In this document: piece after piece, positions 8,029-15,629 of the stretch
Numbering within the stretch: position 1 is the stretch's first letter
Layout: each line of letters opens with the position of its first letter
From: a virus
Lineage: Duplodnaviria > Caudoviricetes
Strand: one strand, 5' to 3'
Length of the DNA: 25,235 nt
Virus record (IMG/VR): IMGVR_UViG_3300017777_001407
Location: 1 to 25,235 of that record
The notes under the pieces: generated by a model
The model's database searches: none
What the model was told of the DNA's origin: nothing
Seen by the model: the letters and a program-made list of their open reading frames with translations, nothing else
Position numbers and translations under genes: made by a program

Positions 8029-8259
8029 ATGCGACGGCGTTTGCAAATACTTGAAGTATTAAATGAAGCCCTGAACCTATTACCAAAACCAAAATATTAT
8101 GTACCAAAGTTTGGAGATGACAAGTTTGAATATGTACCTAATTTACGACGAAAACCAAGAGCTGATGCGCAAGGTCTCAAGACGAGAAGAAGCAAATCAA
8201 ATCGTCAGTGGGAGAGCTGGGTGGACGTACAAACGATTACGTTGCGAGAAGAAGATTGA
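8029..8259 (+). CDS. possible small hypothetical protein
   Basis: AAGGAG upstream and ATG 1 nt after the previous stop, but long overlap with the next ORF. Confidence 0.35.
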   Translation: MRRRLQILEVLNEALNLLPKPKYYVPKFGDDKFEYVPNLRRKPRADAQGLKTRRSKSNRQWESWVDVQTITLREED

Positions 8260-8290
8260 TTTATCTAACTTAGGAGAAGCGTTGATATGA
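8132..8290 (+). CDS. small hypothetical phage protein
   Basis: MYLIYDENQELMRKV...LGEALI; ATGA overlap with the downstream gene; start uncertain (8099 possible). Confidence 0.5.
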   Translation: MYLIYDENQELMRKVSRREEANQIVSGRAGWTYKRLRCEKKIDLSNLGEALI

Positions 8291-8493
8291 AAGTCAAATG
8301 TAAATTAGTAAAAGAATTACCTGATGGTTCTGCAATCATTATGGTCGATGCCGACGTAGAAGCAAGAGAAATGCTTATTGCCCATGGCTTTGTTGATATT
8401 GTTAAAGAGATAGTCAAGCAATCTAAAAAATACATTAGCAAAAAAAACGTTACAAAACTAACTAAGACACCTGCAAAAAAGATTAGAAAATGA
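8287..8493 (+). CDS. small hypothetical phage protein, basic tail
   Basis: GGAG upstream and ATGA overlaps at both ends. Confidence 0.65.
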   Translation: MKVKCKLVKELPDGSAIIMVDADVEAREMLIAHGFVDIVKEIVKQSKKYISKKNVTKLTKTPAKKIRK

Positions 8494-8663
8494 TAGTCAC
8501 CATACTTAATCTATTCGCTTTGTTTGTCGCTACCTGTGCGGTGCTGATCTTTGCCGTAGTCTTTGCGTTCTTCTTGTTCATTATGTATGCCTGTATTCAC
8601 ATTGGCTGGAGAGAGATTAAAGGGATGCCGTTGTCTGAGCTATGGGAGAGGATTCAGAAATGA
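8490..8663 (+). CDS. 57-aa membrane protein (absent from the ORF track)
   Basis: MIVTILNLFALFVATCAVLIFAVVFAFFLFIMYACIHIGWREIKGMPLSELWERIQK; ATGA overlaps at both ends fill the gap exactly. Confidence 0.7.
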   Translation: MIVTILNLFALFVATCAVLIFAVVFAFFLFIMYACIHIGWREIKGMPLSELWERIQK

Positions 8664-9298
8664 CATTCCTAGTTGCTAACATCCCACCCGTTAAATGCTT
8701 TGTGCGTAAAGAGTTTCTTTATAACCATGAGAAGGGGCATGGAGAACTAGAGCCTTGTGTGTGGATGACTGCCAAGGCAATCAAGGGTCAAGCCTTCCGT
8801 ATCGAGTCTATGCTAACTAACTACGGTGCGCTTTACGACAAGCTACCAATCCATGCGTATGTGTGGAAAGAAGTAGCCGAGCCGTTGCCGTTAGACCATC
8901 TACAAATATGGGACTGCCTATCGTATGACATGGCGGTGATTGAGAAATCTAATTTAAGAGGACTCAAGGTTAAGTTCTTTGGCAAGGACAAGCAGTTTCA
9001 TTTTGGCAATTACCTGTTCACCATTGACTTTGCCTCGCCCGAATCCAACAGACTAGATACTAGTTTTAGCGAGGGTGTTGAGGAACATAAGTCTTACAAC
9101 TTTATTAAGTTAGATAACGGGCAGTTTGCCTGCCAACCCAATAACCGATGCCTTTGGTACGATGTATCGCTCGTACCTGCTGTTTTAAAGACCCCTGATT
9201 TTCGTATACCTACTGAGGTATATAGCGTTGAGAACCACGCTAAGTGGAGTGCTAAAGATGAATGGTTTTATAACTTTGAAGAGATTAAAAAGGAGTAG
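8660..9298 (+). CDS. conserved hypothetical phage protein
   Basis: ATGA-coupled start at 8660 (MTFLVANIPP); motifs GALYDKLP, QIWDC, HKS and LDNGQFACQPNNR. Confidence 0.8.
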   Translation: MTFLVANIPPVKCFVRKEFLYNHEKGHGELEPCVWMTAKAIKGQAFRIESMLTNYGALYDKLPIHAYVWKEVAEPLPLDHLQIWDCLSYDMAVIEKSNLRGLKVKFFGKDKQFHFGNYLFTIDFASPESNRLDTSFSEGVEEHKSYNFIKLDNGQFACQPNNRCLWYDVSLVPAVLKTPDFRIPTEVYSVENHAKWSAKDEWFYNFEEIKKE

Positions 9299-9301
9299 TG
9301 A

Positions 9302-10075
9302 ATGTTAGAAAATGTAGAAGCAATAGAACCAAAGAAGCCCGCTAAATTATTTGTAGCTACACCAATGTATGGTGGGCTATGCACAGGCGGTTACACCATG
9401 GGTATCTTAGAGTGTGTGCAAACGTTTATGCCCCATCAAATCCAAATGTATTACTCGTACATGATGAATGAGTCTTTGATTACTCGTGCTCGTAATGGCA
9501 TGGCATATGATTTCATGCAGTCAGACGCAACACATCTGATGTTTATTGATGCAGACATTAGCTTTAAACCTGCTGACATTGTGCGTATGGTCAAAGCCGA
9601 CAAAGATATTATCTGTGGATTGTACCCAAAGAAAGAAATTAACTGGAAGTTAGTACACGATGCGGTCAAGCAAGGTGTGGACTACAAAGACTTGGGTAAT
9701 TACACAGGATCGTTTGTGGTTAACTTAGTAGGCGGTGTACACGAAACAGTAGGCAACATCAACGAACCCATGGAGATTGATAACGGCGGTACAGGATTCA
9801 TGCTGATTAAGCGTAATGTTTTTGATACTTTAAAACCATTAGTGCCGACTTATACCAACGACATGATCTTGATTGTAGATAAGAACCCAGTTAAGAAGAT
9901 TATTCACGAGTTCTTTGATACCAGCATTGATGAAGAGTCTAACCGATTGCTTTCAGAAGACTACCACTTCTGTAAGATTGCTCGCAAAGCTGGCTTCAAA
10001 GTATATGCCGCACCTTGGGCGAATCTAACCCATAGCGGGACTTACAACTTTAGCGGTCAACTACCAAGGGGATAA
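9302..10075 (+). CDS. GT-A fold (GT2-like) glycosyltransferase
   Basis: VATPMYGG, ESLITRARN, DxD in FIDADI, GTGFMLIKR and SEDYHFC; SD AAGGAG. Confidence 0.8.
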   Translation: MLENVEAIEPKKPAKLFVATPMYGGLCTGGYTMGILECVQTFMPHQIQMYYSYMMNESLITRARNGMAYDFMQSDATHLMFIDADISFKPADIVRMVKADKDIICGLYPKKEINWKLVHDAVKQGVDYKDLGNYTGSFVVNLVGGVHETVGNINEPMEIDNGGTGFMLIKRNVFDTLKPLVPTYTNDMILIVDKNPVKKIIHEFFDTSIDEESNRLLSEDYHFCKIARKAGFKVYAAPWANLTHSGTYNFSGQLPRG

Positions 10076-10076
10076 C

Positions 10077-10592
10077 ATGGACATAAGGGATGCTTTTGTT
10101 ATATCTGATGTACCAGATCATCAAAATTTAAAGCAAAAAATACTTGATGGGATTAAAGAAATGGGTATACATAGCTCAATAACTAGAACCATTAGCTTAT
10201 GTAACACCGATTGGGAGCTAAATCCAAACTACGTACGTCCATATTTTCCAATAGTACAACCATTGTTTGAAGACCAAAATAAAAAAATATGTAGTCTTTA
10301 CACTTTTGAAACAACCGCAGTGGTAAAAAATTTTTGGTTCCAACAATATGCTTTTGGAGATTATCACAACTGGCACCTGCATGATAATTGCATGTACTCA
10401 AGTGTTTACTATGTTGAATTACCTGAAGAAGGTTCTAAAACTACGTTTAACTTTTTAGGTAAAGAGTTTGAAATGGACGTAAAAGAAGGGCAAATTGTTT
10501 CGTCGCCAAGTATGCTTTTGCATTGTTCAAAATCAAATAAAAGCAAAAAGACAAAAACTATTATTGCTTTTAATACTGATATAAAAACATAG
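10077..10592 (+). CDS. putative 2OG-Fe(II) oxygenase
   Basis: HNWHLH..CMYSSVYYV, EGQIV..PSMLLH and KTIIAFN give a double-stranded beta-helix oxygenase pattern. Confidence 0.75.
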   Translation: MDIRDAFVISDVPDHQNLKQKILDGIKEMGIHSSITRTISLCNTDWELNPNYVRPYFPIVQPLFEDQNKKICSLYTFETTAVVKNFWFQQYAFGDYHNWHLHDNCMYSSVYYVELPEEGSKTTFNFLGKEFEMDVKEGQIVSSPSMLLHCSKSNKSKKTKTIIAFNTDIKT

Positions 10593-10601
10593 GGAGTAAA
10601 A

Positions 10602-11060
10602 ATGTTTAACATAACTGATCGGGGTAAGCCACAAGTATTTTTTGGTCTATGGGGAGATTTACCTACATGGTCAGAAATACTTGAGGATTTAGAACATAAC
10701 GTGTTTGAGGGTTTTGAAACAAAAGCGCTAGGCTATCTTGGTTTTGTTACCCACAGAGGGGAACGAATACCTTCAGTGTTAAAAATTAAACAAGAGATAC
10801 AAAAATTAGACCCAACTGCACCGTGTTCAGCACATATTTACATTAGTTTATTTTCTAAAAGCCAAACTTTTGGTAGACACAAAGATACCTCAGATGTATT
10901 TTTTATTCAGGCTTTGGGGCAAACAGGTTGGGCAATAGAAGATGATGAAGTAAAACAAGTTACGTTGTCTCCTGGAGACATGCTTTACATACCAAAACAA
11001 ATTTATCACACCCCCTACCCAAAATCACCAAGGGTTGGTTTATCTATTGGATTTGACTAA
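10602..11060 (+). CDS. JmjC/cupin-4-like 2OG oxygenase
   Basis: FGRHKD..DVFFIQ..G...W, LSPGDMLYIPK..YH and RVGLSIG (HxD...H triad). Confidence 0.8.
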   Translation: MFNITDRGKPQVFFGLWGDLPTWSEILEDLEHNVFEGFETKALGYLGFVTHRGERIPSVLKIKQEIQKLDPTAPCSAHIYISLFSKSQTFGRHKDTSDVFFIQALGQTGWAIEDDEVKQVTLSPGDMLYIPKQIYHTPYPKSPRVGLSIGFD

Positions 11061-11071
11061 AGGAAAAATAA

Positions 11072-11803
11072 ATGTTACCTAATTGTGAACTAGTAAAAGT
11101 AGACGGCACACAGTTCCTTGTGTTCAAAGGGCAAGACTTAATATCAACCCATTTAAAACAAGAACTGTACGAAAACGACATACATCAACTAAGCCTTAAG
11201 TTATTAATGGATGCACCTGAAGGAGTGGTGCTAGACATTGGTGCAAACCTAGGCACGTTTTGTATACCCCTTGCTAAAAAAGCATCAAAGCATACATATC
11301 ATGCCTTTGAGCCACAACGGATAATACATTACCAATTATGTGCCAATACGTTTATTAACGGGCTAGATAATGTTCATTGCCATAACTTTGGACTATCGGA
11401 TAAAGAAGAACGGATGGTACTTACCATGCCTGACTACGCTAATGAAGGCAACATTGGTGCGTTTAGCATGGACAAAGAAGTTCGTAAGAATGACTACGAG
11501 TGTAAAACCGAGGGTGTCAAAGAACCATTAGTAGTATTTACCTTGGACTCAGGTGCACACAAAAACGTACGCTTAATTAAAATTGACGTAGAAGGTCACG
11601 AACTAGAAGTAATTAAGGGTGGTATCAAAACCATCAAGGCAAACAACTACCCACCAATTATCTTTGAAGCATGGACGTGGAAGCCATGGTTTGAGCCCAA
11701 GCGCAAAGCATTGCTTGAATACTTAAAGGGTCACGGCTACGAGATACAACAGCTAGGGCAGAACAACTTAGCACAACACCCTAAATATAAGGAAACAAAA
11801 TGA
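11072..11803 (+). CDS. FkbM-family SAM-dependent methyltransferase
   Basis: VLDIGANLG, AFEPQ, LIKIDVEGHELEVIKG and PPIIFE. Confidence 0.9.
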   Translation: MLPNCELVKVDGTQFLVFKGQDLISTHLKQELYENDIHQLSLKLLMDAPEGVVLDIGANLGTFCIPLAKKASKHTYHAFEPQRIIHYQLCANTFINGLDNVHCHNFGLSDKEERMVLTMPDYANEGNIGAFSMDKEVRKNDYECKTEGVKEPLVVFTLDSGAHKNVRLIKIDVEGHELEVIKGGIKTIKANNYPPIIFEAWTWKPWFEPKRKALLEYLKGHGYEIQQLGQNNLAQHPKYKETK

Positions 11804-12000
11804 GCGAGCCAATTCCTTTTGCTGGCTGGGTAGATGTAGATGACAACATCCAAGAAACCCTGCGATTATTGACTGGAACAGACCCTAAAAACATGCCAAA
11901 ATACATAGTATTAGGCGATGGCGCCGTGTATTTTTACCGTAAAGAGGAGCAACGATATGCCTTATGTGAACAAACCCCGCCCTTACAAGAAGGAATATGA
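11800..12000 (+). CDS. small hypothetical phage protein
   Basis: SD AAGGA and ATGA overlap. Confidence 0.55.
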   Translation: MSEPIPFAGWVDVDDNIQETLRLLTGTDPKNMPKYIVLGDGAVYFYRKEEQRYALCEQTPPLQEGI

Positions 12001-12253
12001 ACAGTATGATGGTACGCCGGCGGTCAAGAAGAAACGGGCGCAACGTAATAAAGCTCGTCGAATTATGGAGCAGGCTGGGCTTGTCCACAAAGGCGATGGA
12101 AAAGATGTTGATCACAAAACTCCTCTATCAAAAGGCGGAAAAACGGTACGTAGTAATCTTGCGGTCAAAGATGCGGAGAGCAATAGATCGTTTAGCCGAA
12201 ACTCAGATCACTCAGTAAAAAAGAACAAACCCAAAAATGGAAATAGTAAATAA
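11957..12253 (+). CDS. HNH endonuclease-like protein
   Basis: SD GAGGAG 11944-11949 before ATG 11957; KDVDHKTPLSKGG...SNL......NRS. Confidence 0.85.
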   Translation: MPYVNKPRPYKKEYEQYDGTPAVKKKRAQRNKARRIMEQAGLVHKGDGKDVDHKTPLSKGGKTVRSNLAVKDAESNRSFSRNSDHSVKKNKPKNGNSK

Positions 12254-13802
12254 CAAAGCAATAGTAGTTACTACAAGACGCCCCAATCTTGTAACTGAAT
12301 GCATTCCCAAAAGCGAAGTTATTGAGACCAACGGCGACCTACATAAGGTTGCTGTTCGGTGGGGTTTAGACGAAGCACAAGCCCTATCAAAGCTTAAGAT
12401 TAAAAACGTACCATCCCCTATCCAAAGAGATTACAAGTGGCCTGGGCTTTACAAACCCATGGATCACCAAAAAGAAACGGCTAACTTTTTAACCCTTAAC
12501 AAACGTGCATTCTGTTTTAACGAACAGGGTACAGGCAAAACAGCCTCGGCTATATGGGCTGCAGATTACTTGATGGAACAAAAGAAAGTCTACAAAGTAT
12601 TAATTATTTGCCCCCTGTCTATTATGCAATCTGCATGGCAGGCAGATCTGTTTAAGTTTGCTATGCACCGCAAGGTTGGCGTTGCTTATGGCGACAGAGA
12701 TAAAAGAAAAGCAGTAATTGAAAGTGACGCTCAGTTTATAATCATCAACTATGACGGCGTAGACATCGTAGCCGACACCATTGCAAAACAAAACTTTGAC
12801 TTAGTAATTATTGATGAAGCAAATGCTTATAAGACTATTACTACTAAACGCTGGAAGACGCTTAACCATATCATAACCCCACGCACATGGATATGGATGA
12901 TGACTGGTACGCCAGCAGCACAGACTCCTACTGATGCGTTTGGTCTAGCAAAGATGCTTGTACCTGACAATGTGCCTAGGTTCTTTAGTGCCTTCCGTGA
13001 CCAGACCATGGTACAAATTACCAAGTTTAAATGGCTACCAAAACCTGATGCAAGCACAACTGTATTTGATGCACTACAACCCGCAATCCGATTTAAGAAA
13101 GAAGATTGCTTAGACCTACCGGAGGTTACACATGTTTTTCGGGACGCCCCCCTTACTGCGCAACAGACGAAATATTACAAAACGCTCAGAGACGAGTACC
13201 TTATGGCAGCGGATGGCGAAGAAGTTAGCGCCGTTAATGCTGCGGTTAAGATCAATAAACTCCTACAAATTAGTGGAGGGGCTGTCTATTCTGATACCGG
13301 TGCTGTCGTTGAGTTCGATGTTAGTAATCGTCTACGTGTTATTGAAGAAGTAATTGAAGAAGCTAGCCACAAGGTTCTTGTCTTTATTCCGTTCACGCAT
13401 ACAATAGAACTACTCAAGGCACATTTGAGAGGGGCGGGTATTACCTGCGAGGTTATCAATGGACAGGTTCCCGTAAACAAACGAACCGAGATATTTAAAA
13501 GGTTTCAAGAGCAAGTCGATCCTAAAGTACTTCTCATACAACCACAGGCTGCTGCACACGGAGTCACACTAACTGCTGCAGATACTATCATTTGGTATGC
13601 ACCAGTAACATCTATAGAGACTTATTTACAGGCAAATGCACGTATTGATAGGCAGGGGCAAAAGAATAAGATGACTATTGTGCATATTAAGGGTAGTCCC
13701 GTAGAGACTAAGTTGTACCATATGTTGCAGAATAAACTCGATGTACATACAAAAATAATTGATTTGTACCGACAAGAAGTTGACAATAAAGAGTTGACAT
13801 AG
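12237..13802 (+). CDS. SNF2-like superfamily 2 helicase
   Basis: EQGTGKT, IIDEAN, MTGTP, GVTLTAA and QANARIDRQGQ. Confidence 0.92.
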   Translation: MEIVNNKAIVVTTRRPNLVTECIPKSEVIETNGDLHKVAVRWGLDEAQALSKLKIKNVPSPIQRDYKWPGLYKPMDHQKETANFLTLNKRAFCFNEQGTGKTASAIWAADYLMEQKKVYKVLIICPLSIMQSAWQADLFKFAMHRKVGVAYGDRDKRKAVIESDAQFIIINYDGVDIVADTIAKQNFDLVIIDEANAYKTITTKRWKTLNHIITPRTWIWMMTGTPAAQTPTDAFGLAKMLVPDNVPRFFSAFRDQTMVQITKFKWLPKPDASTTVFDALQPAIRFKKEDCLDLPEVTHVFRDAPLTAQQTKYYKTLRDEYLMAADGEEVSAVNAAVKINKLLQISGGAVYSDTGAVVEFDVSNRLRVIEEVIEEASHKVLVFIPFTHTIELLKAHLRGAGITCEVINGQVPVNKRTEIFKRFQEQVDPKVLLIQPQAAAHGVTLTAADTIIWYAPVTSIETYLQANARIDRQGQKNKMTIVHIKGSPVETKLYHMLQNKLDVHTKIIDLYRQEVDNKELT

Positions 13803-13822
13803 TAAAGTAGTAGATGTAGTAT
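13780..13822 (+). promoter_or_regulatory. two tandem sigma70 promoters
   Basis: TTGACA 13780-13785, 17 nt, TAAAGT 13803-13808; and TTGACA 13794-13799, 17 nt, TAGTAT 13817-13822. Confidence 0.7.
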
Positions 13823-13863
13823 TAATTAACGGGCTCAGACCCGATATTAACAAGGAAACTAAA

Positions 13864-14283
13864 ATGAATGATGCCGAAGCGGTAGTACAACCCGTCGCCG
13901 ATATGGACAAACTGGTCAAAGTCTATATTAAAATACGTGACGCCCGTGACCAATTACGTCGTGAACTAGAAGAGAAAGAAGCTGATCTCAATGAACAGCT
14001 ATCTCTGATAGAACAAGAAATACTAGAAGTCTGCAAATCAACCAATGCCGATAGCATTAAGACTAAACATGGTCTTGCTATGCGGTCGGTTAAGAGCAGA
14101 TTTTGGACAAACGATTGGGAGAACTTCTATAAGTTCTTACATGAGCATGAAGCTCCCGATTTGCTTGAGAAAAGAATTCATCAGACCAATATGAAGCAGT
14201 TTTTGGAAGAGAATCCGGACTTGCATCCCGCCGGTTTAAATGTGGATCGCACATACGCTATAACTGTTAGGAGAAGCAAATGA
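13864..14283 (+). CDS. conserved phage replication-module protein (coiled-coil N-terminus)
   Basis: 139 aa with SD AAGGA; SIKTKHG, DWENFY.F, LLEKRI and PAGLN pattern. Confidence 0.8.
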   Translation: MNDAEAVVQPVADMDKLVKVYIKIRDARDQLRRELEEKEADLNEQLSLIEQEILEVCKSTNADSIKTKHGLAMRSVKSRFWTNDWENFYKFLHEHEAPDLLEKRIHQTNMKQFLEENPDLHPAGLNVDRTYAITVRRSK

Positions 14284-14436
14284 GTAACGTCGCTGAAATA
14301 GATACGCACCTAAGACAAGCTGCTATAGAACTATCTATAAAAGTAAATCAAAACTCGATTGATATAGACATAATTATTGCAGACGCAGAAATTATTTTTA
14401 ATTTTTTAAAAGGGAAAAGCAAATGAGTAACGTCGC
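14274..14436 (+). repeat. 20-bp perfect direct repeat AAGCAAATGAGTAACGTCGC
   Basis: Copies at 14274-14293 and 14417-14436. Confidence 0.9.
14280..14426 (+). CDS. 48-aa AT-rich hypothetical protein (absent from the ORF track)
   Basis: MSNVAEIDTHLRQAAIELSIKVNQNSIDIDIIIADAEIIFNFLKGKSK; AGGAG upstream and ATGA overlaps at both ends. Confidence 0.65.
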   Translation: MSNVAEIDTHLRQAAIELSIKVNQNSIDIDIIIADAEIIFNFLKGKSK

Positions 14437-15319
14437 CTTATTTAATAATCAACTACCCGACTATCTTAAGGAAGTCGAACTTGATGATGTAACCAAAGCC
14501 CTATCAGGTGGCGGTGGCTCACAAATTAAACGCATTGCGCTTGGCAATAATAAGTTTGTGCTTAAAGTGGATGGTACAGAAGTATCTAAGACCAACACCA
14601 GCAAGTTAGAAGTTGTTATTGTTAACGCCTCTAAGCACGTATCAAGAACTTTCTATGCTAAAGCATGGGATCCAAAAGCTGATGCTGCACCACCTGATTG
14701 CTGGTCTAATGACGGTGATAAGCCTGATGCGTCTATTAAGTCACCACAATCAGCAGCATGCGCTAACTGCCCACAAGATATTAATGGGTCAGGTCAGGGC
14801 AATACCAAAGCATGTCGTAAGAACCGCCGTATTGCAGTAGCTTTGGCGTCTGATTTAGATGGCGATGTTTATCAAATGACATTGCAATCCAAGTCTATTT
14901 TCTATGACATGAAAGACCCCGGTGATTTAGAGCACATGCCATTTAACCAATACGCTAAATACGTTGGCTCACAAGGCTACAACTTAAATAGCTTGGTTAC
15001 TGAGATGCGCTTTGATGAAGACTCAACAGTTGGTAAGTTGTTCTTCAAACCGGTGCGATTCTTAGAGCGCCATGAATGGGAGCAAGCCAAGAAACTTGGT
15101 GAAACTCAAGCTGCTAAGAGCGCAGTTACTATGACAATTGCACAAGCAGACGGTATTAAACCTAAGCTAGCTGCGCCAACAGCAAAGGCAGAGGTAGCCA
15201 AAGTTGAAGCGGAATCGATCTTTGAGCCTAAGAAGCGTGAAGAGAAAAAGGCTGAGCCGACTGCTAAACGAGACTTAAAAGCCGTGATGAGCGGATGGTC
15301 CACTGACGAAGAAGCATGA
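14423..15319 (+). CDS. putative ssDNA-binding/annealing protein with Cys4 motif
   Basis: PDCWSNDG..PD...CANCP...GSG...KAC, Ala/Lys-rich linker and acidic tail WSTDEEA; lies between helicase and primase. Confidence 0.6.
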   Translation: MSNVALFNNQLPDYLKEVELDDVTKALSGGGGSQIKRIALGNNKFVLKVDGTEVSKTNTSKLEVVIVNASKHVSRTFYAKAWDPKADAAPPDCWSNDGDKPDASIKSPQSAACANCPQDINGSGQGNTKACRKNRRIAVALASDLDGDVYQMTLQSKSIFYDMKDPGDLEHMPFNQYAKYVGSQGYNLNSLVTEMRFDEDSTVGKLFFKPVRFLERHEWEQAKKLGETQAAKSAVTMTIAQADGIKPKLAAPTAKAEVAKVEAESIFEPKKREEKKAEPTAKRDLKAVMSGWSTDEEA

Positions 15320-15543
15320 GTCTAAGAGGTTATAGTCTCCGTCTTGTTGAAGCAATAAAAGCTGGCAACCCTCGGCACCCGGGGGTTCGCCTTGGCAAGC
15401 ATTGCATCGCAAAGGGTATACCAGTATCACAGATGGCTAAGAAATTTGGCGTCTCCCGTATGACTATGTACACATGGTTTACGGGTGGTGGTACCCCACG
15501 CAAAGACAAGATTGAACTAATAGAGAAAATATTAAGCAGTTAA
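15316..15543 (+). CDS. Cro/XRE-like helix-turn-helix protein
   Basis: VSQMAKKFGVSRMTMYTWFTG..PR. Confidence 0.8.
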   Translation: MSLRGYSLRLVEAIKAGNPRHPGVRLGKHCIAKGIPVSQMAKKFGVSRMTMYTWFTGGGTPRKDKIELIEKILSS

Positions 15544-15550
15544 CGTCTAC

Positions 15551-15619
15551 GGGGACAGCTAGCTCGACGGAGCGAATCGGGATATTGCCGAATCCCTTGC
15601 TGTCCTTATTTTTTCGGTG
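15551..15619 (+). promoter_or_regulatory. structured three-way-junction RNA leader upstream of primase-helicase
   Basis: P1 15551-15559/15599-15607; P2 GCTC-GACG-GAGC 15562-15573; P3 GGGAT/ATCCC 15579-15596; followed by a T-rich tract and the SD. Confidence 0.6.
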
Positions 15620-15629
15620 TTGAGGAACT

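Noticed and set aside
15551-15607. Hammerhead ribozyme
   Set aside because: It is a three-way junction, but the junction strands are UA, GAAUC and UU, not the hammerhead core.
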